This document shows, in pieces, positions 19,885 to 30,177 of a stretch of DNA of 64,000 nt. This DNA comes from Verrucomicrobiota bacterium (GTDB lineage: Bacteria; Verrucomicrobiota; Verrucomicrobiia; Limisphaerales; CANJXF01): the NCBI GenBank assembly GCA_038214755.1, contig JBBQRQ010000001.1:64001-128000 (forward strand). Direction: 5' to 3'. The notes below the pieces were generated by a model that was not told the origin of the DNA, searched no databases, and worked only from the letters and a program-made list of their open reading frames with translations. Position 1 is the first letter of the stretch; each line of letters begins with the position of its first letter. The position numbers and the translations under genes were made by a program.

Positions 19885-20325
19885 ATGAAAAACCGAACAA
19901 AATTTTTGATTTTTGCCGCAGTCATTTTGGGCGCGGTTTACATCTACCGGTTCACTGACTGGTTCGCGGAAAAAAAAATTCAAATAAAATATCGGAGCCT
20001 GGCGGAGCGCGGCGCGGCCAATACCGTCGAGCCGATTACTTTTTATCTCGAAAGGGAATATCCAATGACCTCGTTGGAGGTGATTTCTCTGGCCGATGCC
20101 GCGACCAATAAATATCCGCACGCTCTGTGGCATTTGGTTGCGGCCAGCAATGCGGTGCCGGTGACCGATTTCCTCTACGGCCAAAACGTTCCCGGAATGA
20201 AACCGAAGATCGCAGGCGTGGCGCCGGAGCCATTGGAGCCAAATAAGCGTTACCGAATTCTTTTGGAGACGACGACGATCAAGGGCGAAAAAGATTTCCA
20301 GCCGCGCGCAAAAAGCGTGAAGTGA
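19885..20325 (+). CDS. Hypothetical membrane-anchored protein, paralog 1 ([11 protein letters not shown])
   Basis: N-terminal TM helix; aligns by eye over its full length with the next ORF. Confidence 0.8.
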   Translation: MKNRTKFLIFAAVILGAVYIYRFTDWFAEKKIQIKYRSLAERGAANTVEPITFYLEREYPMTSLEVISLADAATNKYPHALWHLVAASNAVPVTDFLYGQNVPGMKPKIAGVAPEPLEPNKRYRILLETTTIKGEKDFQPRAKSVK

Positions 20326-20367
20326 TTTGTAACGAAGGTCCGGCTCGCGGCGTCAACTGCGTTGGTT

Positions 20368-20817
20368 ATGTCAAAAAAAAATATTGCTCTGATCCTCGTC
20401 CTCCTGGCGTTGGGCACAATTTACGTTTTCAATTTCACCAATCTTTTTCGCGAGCCGAAAATTGAAATCACCACCAGGGTCCGTCCGCAGTTTACGCGCC
20501 GCGGAAGAGGCAATGCGCCACCGCCTCCTGCGGCCAATTCGATTTCGTTTTTTTTAAATGGCAAATACCAATTGACCTCGGTGAAGGTGGTGGAGGAGAG
20601 CGATTTTAAGACTAACAAATATCCACACGCCATCTGGCATTTGATTTCGGAAAGTAATTCTGTTCCGACTAAGGCGATTTTTTATGGAATGACCGTGGCG
20701 GGAATGAAACCGGAAATTGAAAAGACAAAAGCCGAACCGCTGCAGCCGAACGTTCCATATGTTTTGTTGGTGGAGGCTGGAGATTTGAAAGGCCAGAGCA
20801 CTTTCCGCATCCGCTAG
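20368..20817 (+). CDS. Hypothetical membrane-anchored protein, paralog 2 (TNKYPHAIWHL)
   Basis: Shares SNxVP, YG..V.GMKP and EPLxPN motifs with paralog 1. Confidence 0.8.
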   Translation: MSKKNIALILVLLALGTIYVFNFTNLFREPKIEITTRVRPQFTRRGRGNAPPPPAANSISFFLNGKYQLTSVKVVEESDFKTNKYPHAIWHLISESNSVPTKAIFYGMTVAGMKPEIEKTKAEPLQPNVPYVLLVEAGDLKGQSTFRIR

Positions 20818-20820
20818 AAA

Positions 20821-21513
20821 TCAAGGGCCAGGAGGAGCCGAACTGTTCGTTCGCCATCCGGGTTCCGTCGCCCAGAGGTTGAGCGGATTAAAAGTTTTTC
20901 CCCACTTCATGAAGCGAACACTTCCATCGACGAAGGCATAATCGGATCCGCCGGAATTAGGGCGATTGGCCGAACTGTGTTTTTGTTCATCCAATTGTTT
21001 GTCGTCATCGTAAGCGTAGTAGTCCATGTAAAAATGCCCGGAGTTCTGTTCCTTTTCTCCGAAGACAATGGTTTCGGATGGTTCGTGAATGGAATTTTCG
21101 CGGATACCCGGGTTCAATCCTGGGCCGCCGAAATGATCGTTCCACCCATTGATGATATAGGTGCGCGAAGCGAAATCGGCGGGGACGCTGTTGCTCGGCA
21201 AAGTGTTTCCGAACGTGGCGGGCGTGTTCGTCAGTTCGCTTGGGCACTGCAAAATTTTCACATTGCGGTAGCCCGCTAAAAGTAAAGTTGTCCAGCGATT
21301 CGTCGTATCTCGCGGTGTGAAACGCCCATCGTTGTCATCGGCATACATGCGCTCCGAAAGGCCAAGTTGCTTCAAATTATTTATGCAAACAATTTTGCGA
21401 CCGGCTTCTTTCGCGCGGCTTAACGCGGGCAAAAGCATTCCAGCAAGAATAGCGATGATGGCAATTACCACCAGGAGTTCAATCAACGTAAAAGCTTTCG
21501 AGCGCAATTTCAT
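20821..21513 (-). CDS. Prepilin-type N-methylation protein (DUF1559-like pseudopilin)
   Basis: [26 protein letters not shown]-terminal SDYAFVDG. Confidence 0.92.
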   Translation of the reverse strand: MKLRSKAFTLIELLVVIAIIAILAGMLLPALSRAKEAGRKIVCINNLKQLGLSERMYADDNDGRFTPRDTTNRWTTLLLAGYRNVKILQCPSELTNTPATFGNTLPSNSVPADFASRTYIINGWNDHFGGPGLNPGIRENSIHEPSETIVFGEKEQNSGHFYMDYYAYDDDKQLDEQKHSSANRPNSGGSDYAFVDGSVRFMKWGKTFNPLNLWATEPGWRTNSSAPPGP

Positions 21514-21670
21514 ATGTGAGTTGAGACGTGTTTTTCGCAAATTAAGTTACTCAAAATTTTCGTTCGTTTCGGCGCAAGTCTTATCCTGCACCTTCAAACT
21601 ATTTCGCGAAAGAACCGGCGGCCCAAGAATTGCAGCGGCGCGTCTGTGACCGCCGCTAAAATGTTTCAAC

Positions 21671-22636
21671 TTATTTTGCGAAGTGACACGCCGCCCAATG
21701 TCCCGGCGTGATTTCGCGCAGCGGAGGAAGATCGACGCGGCAAATATCCTGGGCGATGGGACAGCGCGGATGAAATGGGCAACCGCTCGGCGGATTTATC
21801 GGCGAGGGCACATCGCCGGGCAAAACAATGCGCTGCCGTTTTGAATCGGGATCGACCACTGGCACTGCGGAAATGAGTGCTTGCGTGTAAGGATGTTTTG
21901 GCTCTTCCACGACGGCGGTGGAGGGACCAAGCTCCACAATTTTTCCCAGATACATCACCATCACGCGGCGGCTGATGTGTTTCACCACCGCGAGATCGTG
22001 CGCGATGAAAAGATAGGCCAGGCGGTGTTGCTCCTGCAAATCCTGGAGGAGATTTATGATTTGCGCTTGCACAGAAACGTCGAGCGCGCTGACCGGTTCG
22101 TCGCAAATAATTATCTTCGGCTCGACTGCCAGCGCGCGCGCGATGCCGATTCGTTGGCGCTGGCCGCCGCTGAATTCATGGGGATATCGCTCGGCATGTT
22201 GCTCATTCAAACCCACTGCTTGCAGAAGTTCGCGAACACGTTTTCGTCGCGCGAGAGAATTCGCCGCGAGTTTGTGAATGTCCAATGCCTCGCCGATAAT
22301 TTCTTCAACCGTCATGCGCGGATTGAGCGAGCCGACCGGGTCTTGAAAAATCATTTGCAATCCGCGCCGGATCGAACGCAACTCCGCGCCGCTCATTTTC
22401 GCGATGTCTTTGCCCTCGAAGAAAGTGCTCCCGGAAGTTGGCTCGACCAGTTTCACGACGGCGCGAGCGAGCGTGGTTTTTCCGCAACCACTTTCGCCCA
22501 CCAGCCCAAGAGTTTCGCCAGGTTCAATCGTGAAGCTCACATCGTCCACCGCTTTGACATGAGCATGGACGCGACTGAAGAGCCCGTGTTTGACGGGGAA
22601 ATGGACTTTTAAATTTTTAACTTCGAGAAGCGACAT
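21671..22636 (-). CDS. Oligopeptide/dipeptide ABC ATP-binding protein (OppF/DppF-like)
   Basis: [24 protein letters not shown] and C-terminal GCPFHPRC motifs. Confidence 0.95.
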   Translation of the reverse strand: MSLLEVKNLKVHFPVKHGLFSRVHAHVKAVDDVSFTIEPGETLGLVGESGCGKTTLARAVVKLVEPTSGSTFFEGKDIAKMSGAELRSIRRGLQMIFQDPVGSLNPRMTVEEIIGEALDIHKLAANSLARRKRVRELLQAVGLNEQHAERYPHEFSGGQRQRIGIARALAVEPKIIICDEPVSALDVSVQAQIINLLQDLQEQHRLAYLFIAHDLAVVKHISRRVMVMYLGKIVELGPSTAVVEEPKHPYTQALISAVPVVDPDSKRQRIVLPGDVPSPINPPSGCPFHPRCPIAQDICRVDLPPLREITPGHWAACHFAK

Positions 22637-22642
22637 GAAGAG

Positions 22643-22897
22643 CTAGAGCTTATTATATTCTTCGTGGGTCCCGATCCAATCCCAGACAAAGATGTCGGAG
22701 GTTAGAAAATATCCTGTCACGCGATAATGCGCACCCACGCGCGCCGACCATTGATTAGCCCCAATCTCTTTGAACTGGAGTGAAGGATAGAAACGATTTG
22801 CCTCCCAGAGCCTATAATTTTTTCGCGCAAGTTCTTGAACGCGCTTCGGTAATTTGTTGTAACGCCGCCAAAACTCAGGGTCGGCTTTCGCCTTCAT
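22643..22897 (-). CDS. RelE/ParE-like toxin
   Basis: FWRRYNKLP..VQELARKNY.LW...PSLQFK...WSARVG.HYR...WIGTHEEY. Confidence 0.8.
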   Translation of the reverse strand: MKAKADPEFWRRYNKLPKRVQELARKNYRLWEANRFYPSLQFKEIGANQWSARVGAHYRVTGYFLTSDIFVWDWIGTHEEYNKL

Positions 22898-23115
22898 TTC
22901 GTGTCGCACGATGGGAAATCCATCAGCTTGCCGCTCTCGGCATTTTTTTTGGAGGCTTCCATCAAACGATACAACTTGCCGCCCGGCTTGGCGTCCTCAG
23001 CCATCTGACGATCCCAATCATCGTCCTCGTAGGGATGCAGCAGAGCTTCCAACTCGCAGCGTTCTTTTGGCGAAAGCTGGTCAATCGCTTGTTTGATTTC
23101 CACAACGGTGCTCAT
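22894..23115 (-). CDS. Antitoxin partner
   Basis: MSTVVEIKQAIDQLS...WDRQMAEDAK.GGKL; 4-nt overlap with the toxin. Confidence 0.75.
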   Translation of the reverse strand: MSTVVEIKQAIDQLSPKERCELEALLHPYEDDDWDRQMAEDAKPGGKLYRLMEASKKNAESGKLMDFPSCDTK

Positions 23116-23178
23116 GGTGAAAAAATAAACTGAAATCCAGCAACCCGTCAATTTGTCAAATCGCCGCTTCAGGCTAAT

Positions 23179-23336
23179 GGGCGCATCTCGACACTACCAC
23201 CAAAGTAGTGGGGCAGACATCCTGTCTGCCATTGGGGCTTCCAGCCCCAGGTTCGCGGGCAAGATGCCCGCTCAGACAGGCTGGAAGCCTGCCCCACTAC
23301 ATCTGATTGGATTGGTGGTGGTGTCAAGATGCGCCC
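23179..23336. repeat. Nested palindrome: G-type (GGGCGCATCTCGACAC) around GTAGTGGGGCAG...CTGCCCCACTAC
   Basis: Outer and inner inverted arms; inner element 23205-23300. Confidence 0.85.
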
Positions 23337-23396
23337 TTTGCATCATTGCTTCGGAGATTGCATTTGCCGTGGTGAAGTGCAAGTTGACCGCGCAGC

Positions 23397-23993
23397 ATGA
23401 ACGAACAATCTGGAGGATCACCACCGGGACCACTTTCTCCTCGGCCCAATCGACGGCCACCTCGCCGGCGTCGCGGCCCCCGCAGACCGCCAGATAATCG
23501 CCCGCCGCCAACTCAGTTGCCGCCGGGCGTCGCAGCGATTGCCGCCGAGCATACGACGGCTCTTCCCGTTTTCGATCAGCCTCCTCGCGACGCGGACCGG
23601 AATTTACCCGAGCGTTATCCACAACCGCATCGACCCATTGGTTCGCCCATCGCGCATGTGGTGGCGAAGGTCGAAGAAATTATCAAAACTTTAAAAGAGA
23701 CTTTGCGGGATTTGGAAGAAGCTTTGGAAACGCTCGACGACGCCCAACGCCAGCAAATCGGCGATGAAAAAGAAATTGAGTCATTGCGCAGGGCCTTGTC
23801 GATGTTGCAGCGAGATAGACAATCGTCACGAGACGAACCGCGCGATCGTCCGGAAAATCGTGGACGTGCGCCGGGAAGATCGCCCGAAAGCCACCGGGAT
23901 AAAACAATTGCTCCGCCCACAAATGATTCGGGCAACGCGACTGAGGAACCAACTCCGGCGGCAGAAACTCCATCCTCCAGACCCGTCGTATAA
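23397..23993 (+). CDS. Hypothetical Pro/Arg-rich protein with a central coiled coil
   Basis: 198-aa ORF directly upstream of hslR. Confidence 0.7.
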   Translation: MNEQSGGSPPGPLSPRPNRRPPRRRRGPRRPPDNRPPPTQLPPGVAAIAAEHTTALPVFDQPPRDADRNLPERYPQPHRPIGSPIAHVVAKVEEIIKTLKETLRDLEEALETLDDAQRQQIGDEKEIESLRRALSMLQRDRQSSRDEPRDRPENRGRAPGRSPESHRDKTIAPPTNDSGNATEEPTPAAETPSSRPVV

Positions 23994-24005
23994 TTTTTTG
24001 TCGCG

Positions 24006-24389
24006 ATGGAACCCGCGATCCAATCCGTGCGAATTGATAAATGGCTCTGGTCGGTCCGGCTCTACAAATCCCGGAGCATGGCGAGTGAGGCTTGTGCGAG
24101 GGGCCAAGTGAATGTCAACGGACAACCGGCTAAAGCCTCGCGTTGCGTAAAACCCGGCGACGTCATCACCGCGCTCGTTGGTGATCTCAATCGGAGCATC
24201 AAAGTCATCGCGCTGCTCGACCAACGTGTCGGCGCAAAACTGGTCAGCCAATTTCTCGAAGACCTCACCTCTCCCGCCGAATACGCCAGGCCCAAAGAGA
24301 AAAATTTCCAGCCATTTATTTTTCGGCCCAAGGGAAGCGGACGCCCGACAAAAAAAGAACGCCGCAGCATCCAGGGATTTTTCCAGTAG
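24006..24389 (+). CDS. hslR: Ribosome-associated heat shock protein Hsp15 (S4 domain)
   Basis: VRIDKWLWSVRLYKSRS and GRPTKKERR motifs. Confidence 0.92.
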   Translation: MEPAIQSVRIDKWLWSVRLYKSRSMASEACARGQVNVNGQPAKASRCVKPGDVITALVGDLNRSIKVIALLDQRVGAKLVSQFLEDLTSPAEYARPKEKNFQPFIFRPKGSGRPTKKERRSIQGFFQ

Positions 24390-24406
24390 CTTTTTACCTT
24401 CGCAAA

Positions 24407-24859
24407 ATGAGAGCGGTTATCCAGCGAGTTTCCAAAGCCAGCGTCACCATTGGGGGAGCCACGAAAAGTTCGATAGGCCCGGGGCTTCACGTTTTGTTGG
24501 CTGTCGAGGAAACTGACAGCGTAGAAGACATCGAATGGTTGAGCGGGAAAATTGTGCGCTTGAGAATTTTCGATGATGAGTCGGGCGTGATGAATTGTTC
24601 CGTGCAGGAAATTGGCGGCGAGATTCTGGTCGTCAGCCAATTCACGTTGTTCGCCAGCACGAAGAAAGGAAATCGTCCTTCTTACTCTCGTTCCGCGCGG
24701 CCAGAGATCGCCATCCCGATTTACGAGAAATTTCTGGCGAAGTTGACAGCGGATTTTGGAAAACAAATTGAGACCGGAGAGTTCCGCGCCCACGTGAAAG
24801 TGAGCCTGACCAACGACGGCCCGGTGACGATCATCATTGATTCCAAAAATCGCGAATGA
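24407..24859 (+). CDS. dtd: D-aminoacyl-tRNA deacylase
   Basis: MRAVIQRV, SQFTL and NDGPVT motifs. Confidence 0.97.
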   Translation: MRAVIQRVSKASVTIGGATKSSIGPGLHVLLAVEETDSVEDIEWLSGKIVRLRIFDDESGVMNCSVQEIGGEILVVSQFTLFASTKKGNRPSYSRSARPEIAIPIYEKFLAKLTADFGKQIETGEFRAHVKVSLTNDGPVTIIIDSKNRE

Positions 24860-24872
24860 TCAAAGTCGCATC

Positions 24873-25100
24873 GTAGCCGCCGACGTGAGGAGGCGGAGAA
24901 CCTAATGAATCGGGGTAGCATCTGCCTCCGGCGGTTGCGAAGAATTTTTCGCGGAGCGCCGATCTCCTGATCGGCAGGGACCAGTCCTCAAGGCACGAGC
25001 CGATCGGGAGATCGGCGTTCCGAAAGAGATTTTTTTCGCACCCGCCGGGGGCAGATGCTACCCCGTTTTAGACCATCCGCCTCCTCACGTCGGCGGCTAC
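24873..25100. repeat. Triple-nested palindrome B > C > D, flanked by a 15-bp direct repeat
   Basis: B arms start 24873 and end 25100; C 24915-25061; D 24952-25022; CGCGAATGATCAAAG at 24851-24865 and 25120-25134. Confidence 0.9.
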
Positions 25101-25128
25101 GACATCGCCAAAATCCAGACGCGAATGA

Positions 25129-25707
25129 TCAAAGGCCGCTGCCACGATGGCGAATGAGTTCCAAAAATTCCGTGCGCGTGCGCGCGTCATCGCGAAAACG
25201 GCCGAGCATCGCGGAAGTGATCGCGTAGGAATTTTGTTTCTCCACTCCGCGCATCATCATGCAGAGATGCTGCGCTTCGATGACCACCCCGACGCCATCG
25301 GCCTTAATTAGATCGAGAATGGTGCGGGCGATTTCGTGGGTCATCCGTTCCTGCACTTGAAGTCTGCGCGCAAAAACGTCAACCAGGCGCGGCAATTTGG
25401 AGAGGCCAATTACTTTTCCCGTGGGCAGATAGGCGATGTGACATTTTCCAAAAAACGGGAGCATGTGATGTTCGCACAAGCTGTAAAAATCGATGTCCTT
25501 GACGATGACCATTTCGTCAGACTCGACCTCGAAAAGCGCGTTGTTGAGGACGGTTTTTGGATCGCTCTGGTAACCTTTCGTCAAAAATTCCAGAGACTCC
25601 GCCACTCGTATCGGAGTGCGTTTCAATCCATCGCGATTTGGATTTTCGCCCAGCAACTCGATTTGTTTTTTCACCAGGCGCGCGAGTTGGTCGGTCTGTT
25701 TTTTCAT
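25129..25707 (-). CDS. folE: GTP cyclohydrolase I
   Basis: [25 protein letters not shown] and HLCMMMRG motifs. Confidence 0.97.
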   Translation of the reverse strand: MKKQTDQLARLVKKQIELLGENPNRDGLKRTPIRVAESLEFLTKGYQSDPKTVLNNALFEVESDEMVIVKDIDFYSLCEHHMLPFFGKCHIAYLPTGKVIGLSKLPRLVDVFARRLQVQERMTHEIARTILDLIKADGVGVVIEAQHLCMMMRGVEKQNSYAITSAMLGRFRDDARTRTEFLELIRHRGSGL

Positions 25708-25842
25708 CGGAGAAAAGGTTGAACCATCGCCTGACTGCCGTCCAGTCTTTCGGTTCCGTTTGACGTCGCGTTTCGACAAATCGGTGATGATTTATAGCAC
25801 CAACCCGACCGAGGAAGATTGCTGAACCCGACTCTGCCGTTT

Positions 25843-25880
25843 GGACAACTTTATGTTGCATATGCAACACAAACTTGTCC
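25843..25880. promoter_or_regulatory. 38-bp inverted repeat with core TGTTGCATATGCAACA; putative operator
   Basis: Perfect 16-bp core at 25854-25869; 17 of 19 pairs overall; lies between divergent genes. Confidence 0.5.
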
Positions 25881-25963
25881 CGCGTCTCGAATGTTTATTT
25901 TATTGTGTGTCCCGAATATTCTCGTTTGACAGAATTTTCAGGCAGCGACACTATCGGTCCGTT

Positions 25964-26722
25964 ATGAAAAAGTGGGTTCTCCGAGTTGGGGTGATTGTCC
26001 TGGTTCTCGTCATTGCGCTGCTGGCGGGCGTTTTTATTTCCCTGAATTCCATCGTGAAAAAGGGCGTGGAAACTGTCGGTCCGCAATTGACCCAAACCGA
26101 TGTCCGCCTCGGCAGCGCGAAATTATCGCCGATGTCCGGCAACGGCGAGTTGAGCAAATTGTTCGTGGGCAATCCAGAAGGTTACAAAACTCCATCGGCG
26201 ATTGAGGTGAAAAATGTCAAAGTGGCCGTGAAACTTTCCTCGGTTTTGTCGAAGACGATTGTCATCGATGAAATAAATCTGCAAGCGCCGGAGATTAATT
26301 TTGAAGGAGGATTGACCGGAAATAATTTGATGAAAATTTTGAAAAATCTGGAGGGCGCGCCGGACGATGTGAAGACGACTCCGAATGGAAAATCCGCCAG
26401 CGAAGGCGCGCGAAAATATTTCGTGAAAGATGTCGTGATCGACGGCGGACTGATCCATGTCAACGTCAGCGCGCTCGGCAACACCCAGGCGTTCACGGTT
26501 CCGCTCCCGCCGATTCATTTGGAGAATATCGGTTCGGAAAATAATGGCGTGACCGCCGCGCAACTTTGCAAAGAAATCATGAAACCCCTCGTGGCCAGCG
26601 CGATGAAGTCCGGCATGGAAGCCGTCGCGGGACTCGGCTCGAAGGTCAAAGAGATCGGCAAAGGCGCCACGGAGCAGATCGACAAAACCACTTCGGGACT
26701 GAAAGGGATTTTCAAGAAATAA
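25964..26722 (+). CDS. AsmA/DUF748-like membrane-anchored protein
   Basis: N-terminal TM helix, VGNPEGY and IVIDEI.L.APEI; TTGACA-17-CACTAT promoter-like site upstream. Confidence 0.75.
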   Translation: MKKWVLRVGVIVLVLVIALLAGVFISLNSIVKKGVETVGPQLTQTDVRLGSAKLSPMSGNGELSKLFVGNPEGYKTPSAIEVKNVKVAVKLSSVLSKTIVIDEINLQAPEINFEGGLTGNNLMKILKNLEGAPDDVKTTPNGKSASEGARKYFVKDVVIDGGLIHVNVSALGNTQAFTVPLPPIHLENIGSENNGVTAAQLCKEIMKPLVASAMKSGMEAVAGLGSKVKEIGKGATEQIDKTTSGLKGIFKK

Positions 26723-26737
26723 CGCGGATTTTTATTT

Positions 26738-27190
26738 ATGAGCATGATCAAAGAATTCAAAGAGTTTGCCCTGCGCGGCAACGTGGTGGACTTAGCAGTC
26801 GGCATCATCATCGGCGGCGCATTCGGGAAAATCGTAACCTCACTGGTCAACGACATCTTTATGCCTCCAATTGGCAAAGCACTGGGAGGAGTGGATTTCA
26901 AAGAGTTGTTCTATAATCTTGACCCGAGCAAAACGACCAAACTTGGCGCGCACGTAAAAACTTTGGCGGACGCCACGGACGCGGGAGCGGCTGTGATTAG
27001 GTACGGTTTGTTCATCAACACCGTGATTGAGTTTATCATCGTGGCATTTTGCATTTTCCTCGTCGTAAAAGGAATGAACTCGTTGAAGAAAAAACCCGAT
27101 CTAACTCCGCCTCCCCCTGCGCCTCCGACAAAGGAAGAAGTATTGCTCACTGAAATTCGTGACACTCTTCGTAGTCGGAATCTATCGTAG
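26738..27190 (+). CDS. mscL: Large-conductance mechanosensitive channel
   Basis: [28 protein letters not shown] and LLTEIRD motifs. Confidence 0.97.
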   Translation: MSMIKEFKEFALRGNVVDLAVGIIIGGAFGKIVTSLVNDIFMPPIGKALGGVDFKELFYNLDPSKTTKLGAHVKTLADATDAGAAVIRYGLFINTVIEFIIVAFCIFLVVKGMNSLKKKPDLTPPPPAPPTKEEVLLTEIRDTLRSRNLS

Positions 27191-27394
27191 CCGCCGACAT
27201 GAGGAGAACACCACTGCGAAACGCCGGGCATCGGCACCCCAATCCTGAATTGGTAGGGCGAGTCACTCCGTGCGCGCCGTCCCTGGGTCGTATGTTACTC
27301 GGCGCGCACGGAGTGACGCGCCCTACCTTGAGCTTCGTGGGTAAGCGGATTTCGGACTGAAAAACACAAATCGCCTTCTCACGTCGGCGGCTAC
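27187..27394. repeat. Nested palindrome B > E (GGTAGGGCGAGTCACTCCGTGCGCGCCG)
   Basis: Inner doublet at 27252-27327. Confidence 0.88.
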
Positions 27395-27399
27395 ACCTT

Positions 27400-28320
27400 G
27401 TGAAACTGCTTCTACTCCTATTGCTAATGACAGGAGCTTTGGTGGGTTGCTTTACCTCCACTTACAGGTCAAGCCATCCTATAAATGTGCTCACTACAAA
27501 CGTTCCACCGGACGTGCAAGTCAGCATGACTAATACCGTTCCTGACCCACTTACCGTTAAACTGGAACCCGGCCTGGAGAAGGCTTTGGTTCGAGCAATA
27601 GAGTCAGTAGCAAAACAAACCAACGGCACGATAGTCATACAGCCAACCAACGCCACGCCTACGATCGTTACAATTCAGGTGACCAACCCTATGGCGTTGC
27701 CCGATACGTTCACGTTCAGGCCAGATACCAACACCGCGCAATTATTGCACGACATCAAAAATAAAAAGAGTGGCGTGACCGACTTGCTTCTCGGCAGCGC
27801 GCTTACCTTGTTGGGAAGTCTGGTTGTGCTGGGCATCGGCAAATATTCTGAGAAGAGAAGGTCCACCAACATTCTTCTGGCAATACGGCGGGAGATCGAA
27901 GCATTGCGGAAAGTCTATGCAACCAACCTGCGCTCTATCCTGAACCAGGTACCGGCCGATGGAATTTTTCCAGAACGCGCGTCGCTGACTGTCAATTGGT
28001 TTGCCGTTTATGAAGGCAATACCGAATACCTCGGACGTTTCGATCCAGAGACTGCTCAGAAACTGATCCTTGCTCATGCCAGTTTGAAAAGCTTGATAGA
28101 ATCCTACCGGCTCAACAACACCCTCCTGGATCAATGGGGAGTAGTGAGTCAAAGCTATCAGCCCGCACAAGGGACCTTCGGTCAGGAAATGACTCCGCCG
28201 GAAAGGATCATTTACAAACTCCTTCAACTCAGGCTACCTGAGATTAAAGCCGCCGACACGACCATGGAAAACAATGTCAACGACCTCCTGGCCCACCTTG
28301 ACCAGAAAGGTATCAACTAA
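27400..28320 (+). CDS. Hypothetical lipoprotein with an internal TM helix and a helical C-terminal domain
   Basis: Lipobox LVGC, T/P-rich region, hydrophobic LLLGSALTLLGSLVVLGIG. Confidence 0.7.
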   Translation: MKLLLLLLLMTGALVGCFTSTYRSSHPINVLTTNVPPDVQVSMTNTVPDPLTVKLEPGLEKALVRAIESVAKQTNGTIVIQPTNATPTIVTIQVTNPMALPDTFTFRPDTNTAQLLHDIKNKKSGVTDLLLGSALTLLGSLVVLGIGKYSEKRRSTNILLAIRREIEALRKVYATNLRSILNQVPADGIFPERASLTVNWFAVYEGNTEYLGRFDPETAQKLILAHASLKSLIESYRLNNTLLDQWGVVSQSYQPAQGTFGQEMTPPERIIYKLLQLRLPEIKAADTTMENNVNDLLAHLDQKGIN

Positions 28321-28357
28321 TCACACAAGACCTCTCGTATCGCAAAAAATTATAGCT

Positions 28358-30157
28358 ATGACTATTACAAAACAAAAGAACGGCTTCTCCGTCAAAGCCT
28401 ATCAAGGAGATGCCAAGGCACTTCTCGCTTTCAACCTATCCGCGGCGAAGACGAAGAACCTCGCCGGGTTCACCATTCAATTTCGTCCTGAAGGCAAACC
28501 ATCCTTCTATTTGTCAAATAGCTTGCAGTTCAAGGACCCATCCCAACATGTGCAAGACGCTACCTTGCCTCCTACCTCCAGCATCAATGCTCCTATCCAT
28601 AAGTTTCGATGGGTGCATGTTCCCGGCTCCTTGCAACAAGGGACAAAACCTTTTTACGGAACCTATACCTATACCGTGACGCCGCGCTATTTCGATGACA
28701 ATGGTTCAATGATAGCGATCGATCCAACGTTAAGCGTGGCAGTGGCAGTGAAGGTAGGGCCTTTCGCCAAAGATAAAATTGAAGCAGCCTTTACCAGAGG
28801 CTTCACCCAGTCGCAGGCTTTCGTGCATCACTTCGGCCCGAAAGCAATCTTCCGCCCGAAAGAGAAGGAGTTGCTATTCGATACCTCACAAGTCTCCGGC
28901 AAAAACAGCGCGGGGCATGACTATACCTTTGCCGAGGAATACGAATGGCTTGGCTATACCGCGCGGGAAAAAATCTTTACGCTCGCCAATGAAGTCTTGA
29001 ACAACAAGCAGCTTCGTCTGGACGTGTTCGCCTATGACTTGAATGAACCTGGCTTGATGAAACTGTTTTTGGAATTAGCCAAGCAAGGACGCATCCGCGT
29101 GATTCTCGACGATGCAGCACTACACCACGACTCGGATGCGACCAAACCGGAAGACCAGTTTGAGGGACTATTCAACAAAGCAGCCAAGGCGCCGGCGGGA
29201 ATCTTGCGCGGAAACTTTGGCCGGTATGCGCATAACAAGGTCTTCATCGTATCGAAGGGTAAAAAGGCAGTTAAAGTCCTCACCGGCTCAACTAACTTCT
29301 CTATCACGGGTTTGTATGTGAACTCCAACCATGTGTTGATCTTCAATGATCCACTGGTAGCGGCCACTTACTCGCAGGTCTTCACCGACGCATGGGACGG
29401 AAAAGTCTCCGTTAAGTTCAACCAGACGACAGAAGCAGGCAAGGTATTCTCCTTTACTACCGGGTCGAAGGTTGAAGTCACCTTCTCACCTCACGCGGAA
29501 ACGTTTGCCACGGAGATTCTCGACAAGATGGCCGCGCGTATTGCCGAGGAAGGAAAACAAAAAAATGGCAGCGTCCTGTTTGCCGTGATGGGACTTGATG
29601 AAGGGACTGGACCGATTTTTCCCACGTTGAAGGAACTGCATAGTAACGAAACTATTTTCAGTTATGGCATCTCCGACACGCCGGGCGGAATCTACCTTTA
29701 TACCCGACGCAAGAAGACTGGCGTGCTCGTCAGTGGGAGACCTACTCGCACCAAGCTGCCTCCACCCTTTGACCAGGTTCCCGGTGTAGGCATAGGTCAT
29801 CAGGTGCACCATAAATTCGTCGTATGTGGTTTCAATGGTAACAACCCGGTCGTCTATTGCGGTTCATCAAACCTCGCTCTGCTGGGAGAACAGGTTAATG
29901 GCGATAACCTTCTCGCCATATACGATGGCGACATCGCGACCGTCTTCGCTATCGAAGCGCTCGCCTTGGTGGATCATTTTGATTTTCTCGATCGAAGTGC
30001 GGAGAAGGCGAAAGTAAGTCCCGCGAAAATCCTATCCGCCTCCCGGCAACAACAAGCAATCCAGGCGGGTTGGTTTTTATCTACTACTGATAAGTGGACC
30101 ATTCCCTATTTCGACGCCAATGATCTGCATTGCGTTGACCGGTTGCTTTTCGCTTAA
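28358..30157 (+). CDS. Phospholipase D/Nuc superfamily protein with two HxK motifs
   Basis: HNKVFIV...TGSTNF and HHKFVV...CGSSNL. Confidence 0.85.
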   Translation: MTITKQKNGFSVKAYQGDAKALLAFNLSAAKTKNLAGFTIQFRPEGKPSFYLSNSLQFKDPSQHVQDATLPPTSSINAPIHKFRWVHVPGSLQQGTKPFYGTYTYTVTPRYFDDNGSMIAIDPTLSVAVAVKVGPFAKDKIEAAFTRGFTQSQAFVHHFGPKAIFRPKEKELLFDTSQVSGKNSAGHDYTFAEEYEWLGYTAREKIFTLANEVLNNKQLRLDVFAYDLNEPGLMKLFLELAKQGRIRVILDDAALHHDSDATKPEDQFEGLFNKAAKAPAGILRGNFGRYAHNKVFIVSKGKKAVKVLTGSTNFSITGLYVNSNHVLIFNDPLVAATYSQVFTDAWDGKVSVKFNQTTEAGKVFSFTTGSKVEVTFSPHAETFATEILDKMAARIAEEGKQKNGSVLFAVMGLDEGTGPIFPTLKELHSNETIFSYGISDTPGGIYLYTRRKKTGVLVSGRPTRTKLPPPFDQVPGVGIGHQVHHKFVVCGFNGNNPVVYCGSSNLALLGEQVNGDNLLAIYDGDIATVFAIEALALVDHFDFLDRSAEKAKVSPAKILSASRQQQAIQAGWFLSTTDKWTIPYFDANDLHCVDRLLFA

Positions 30158-30177
30158 CCGGAATCAGTCAGTAAAAA

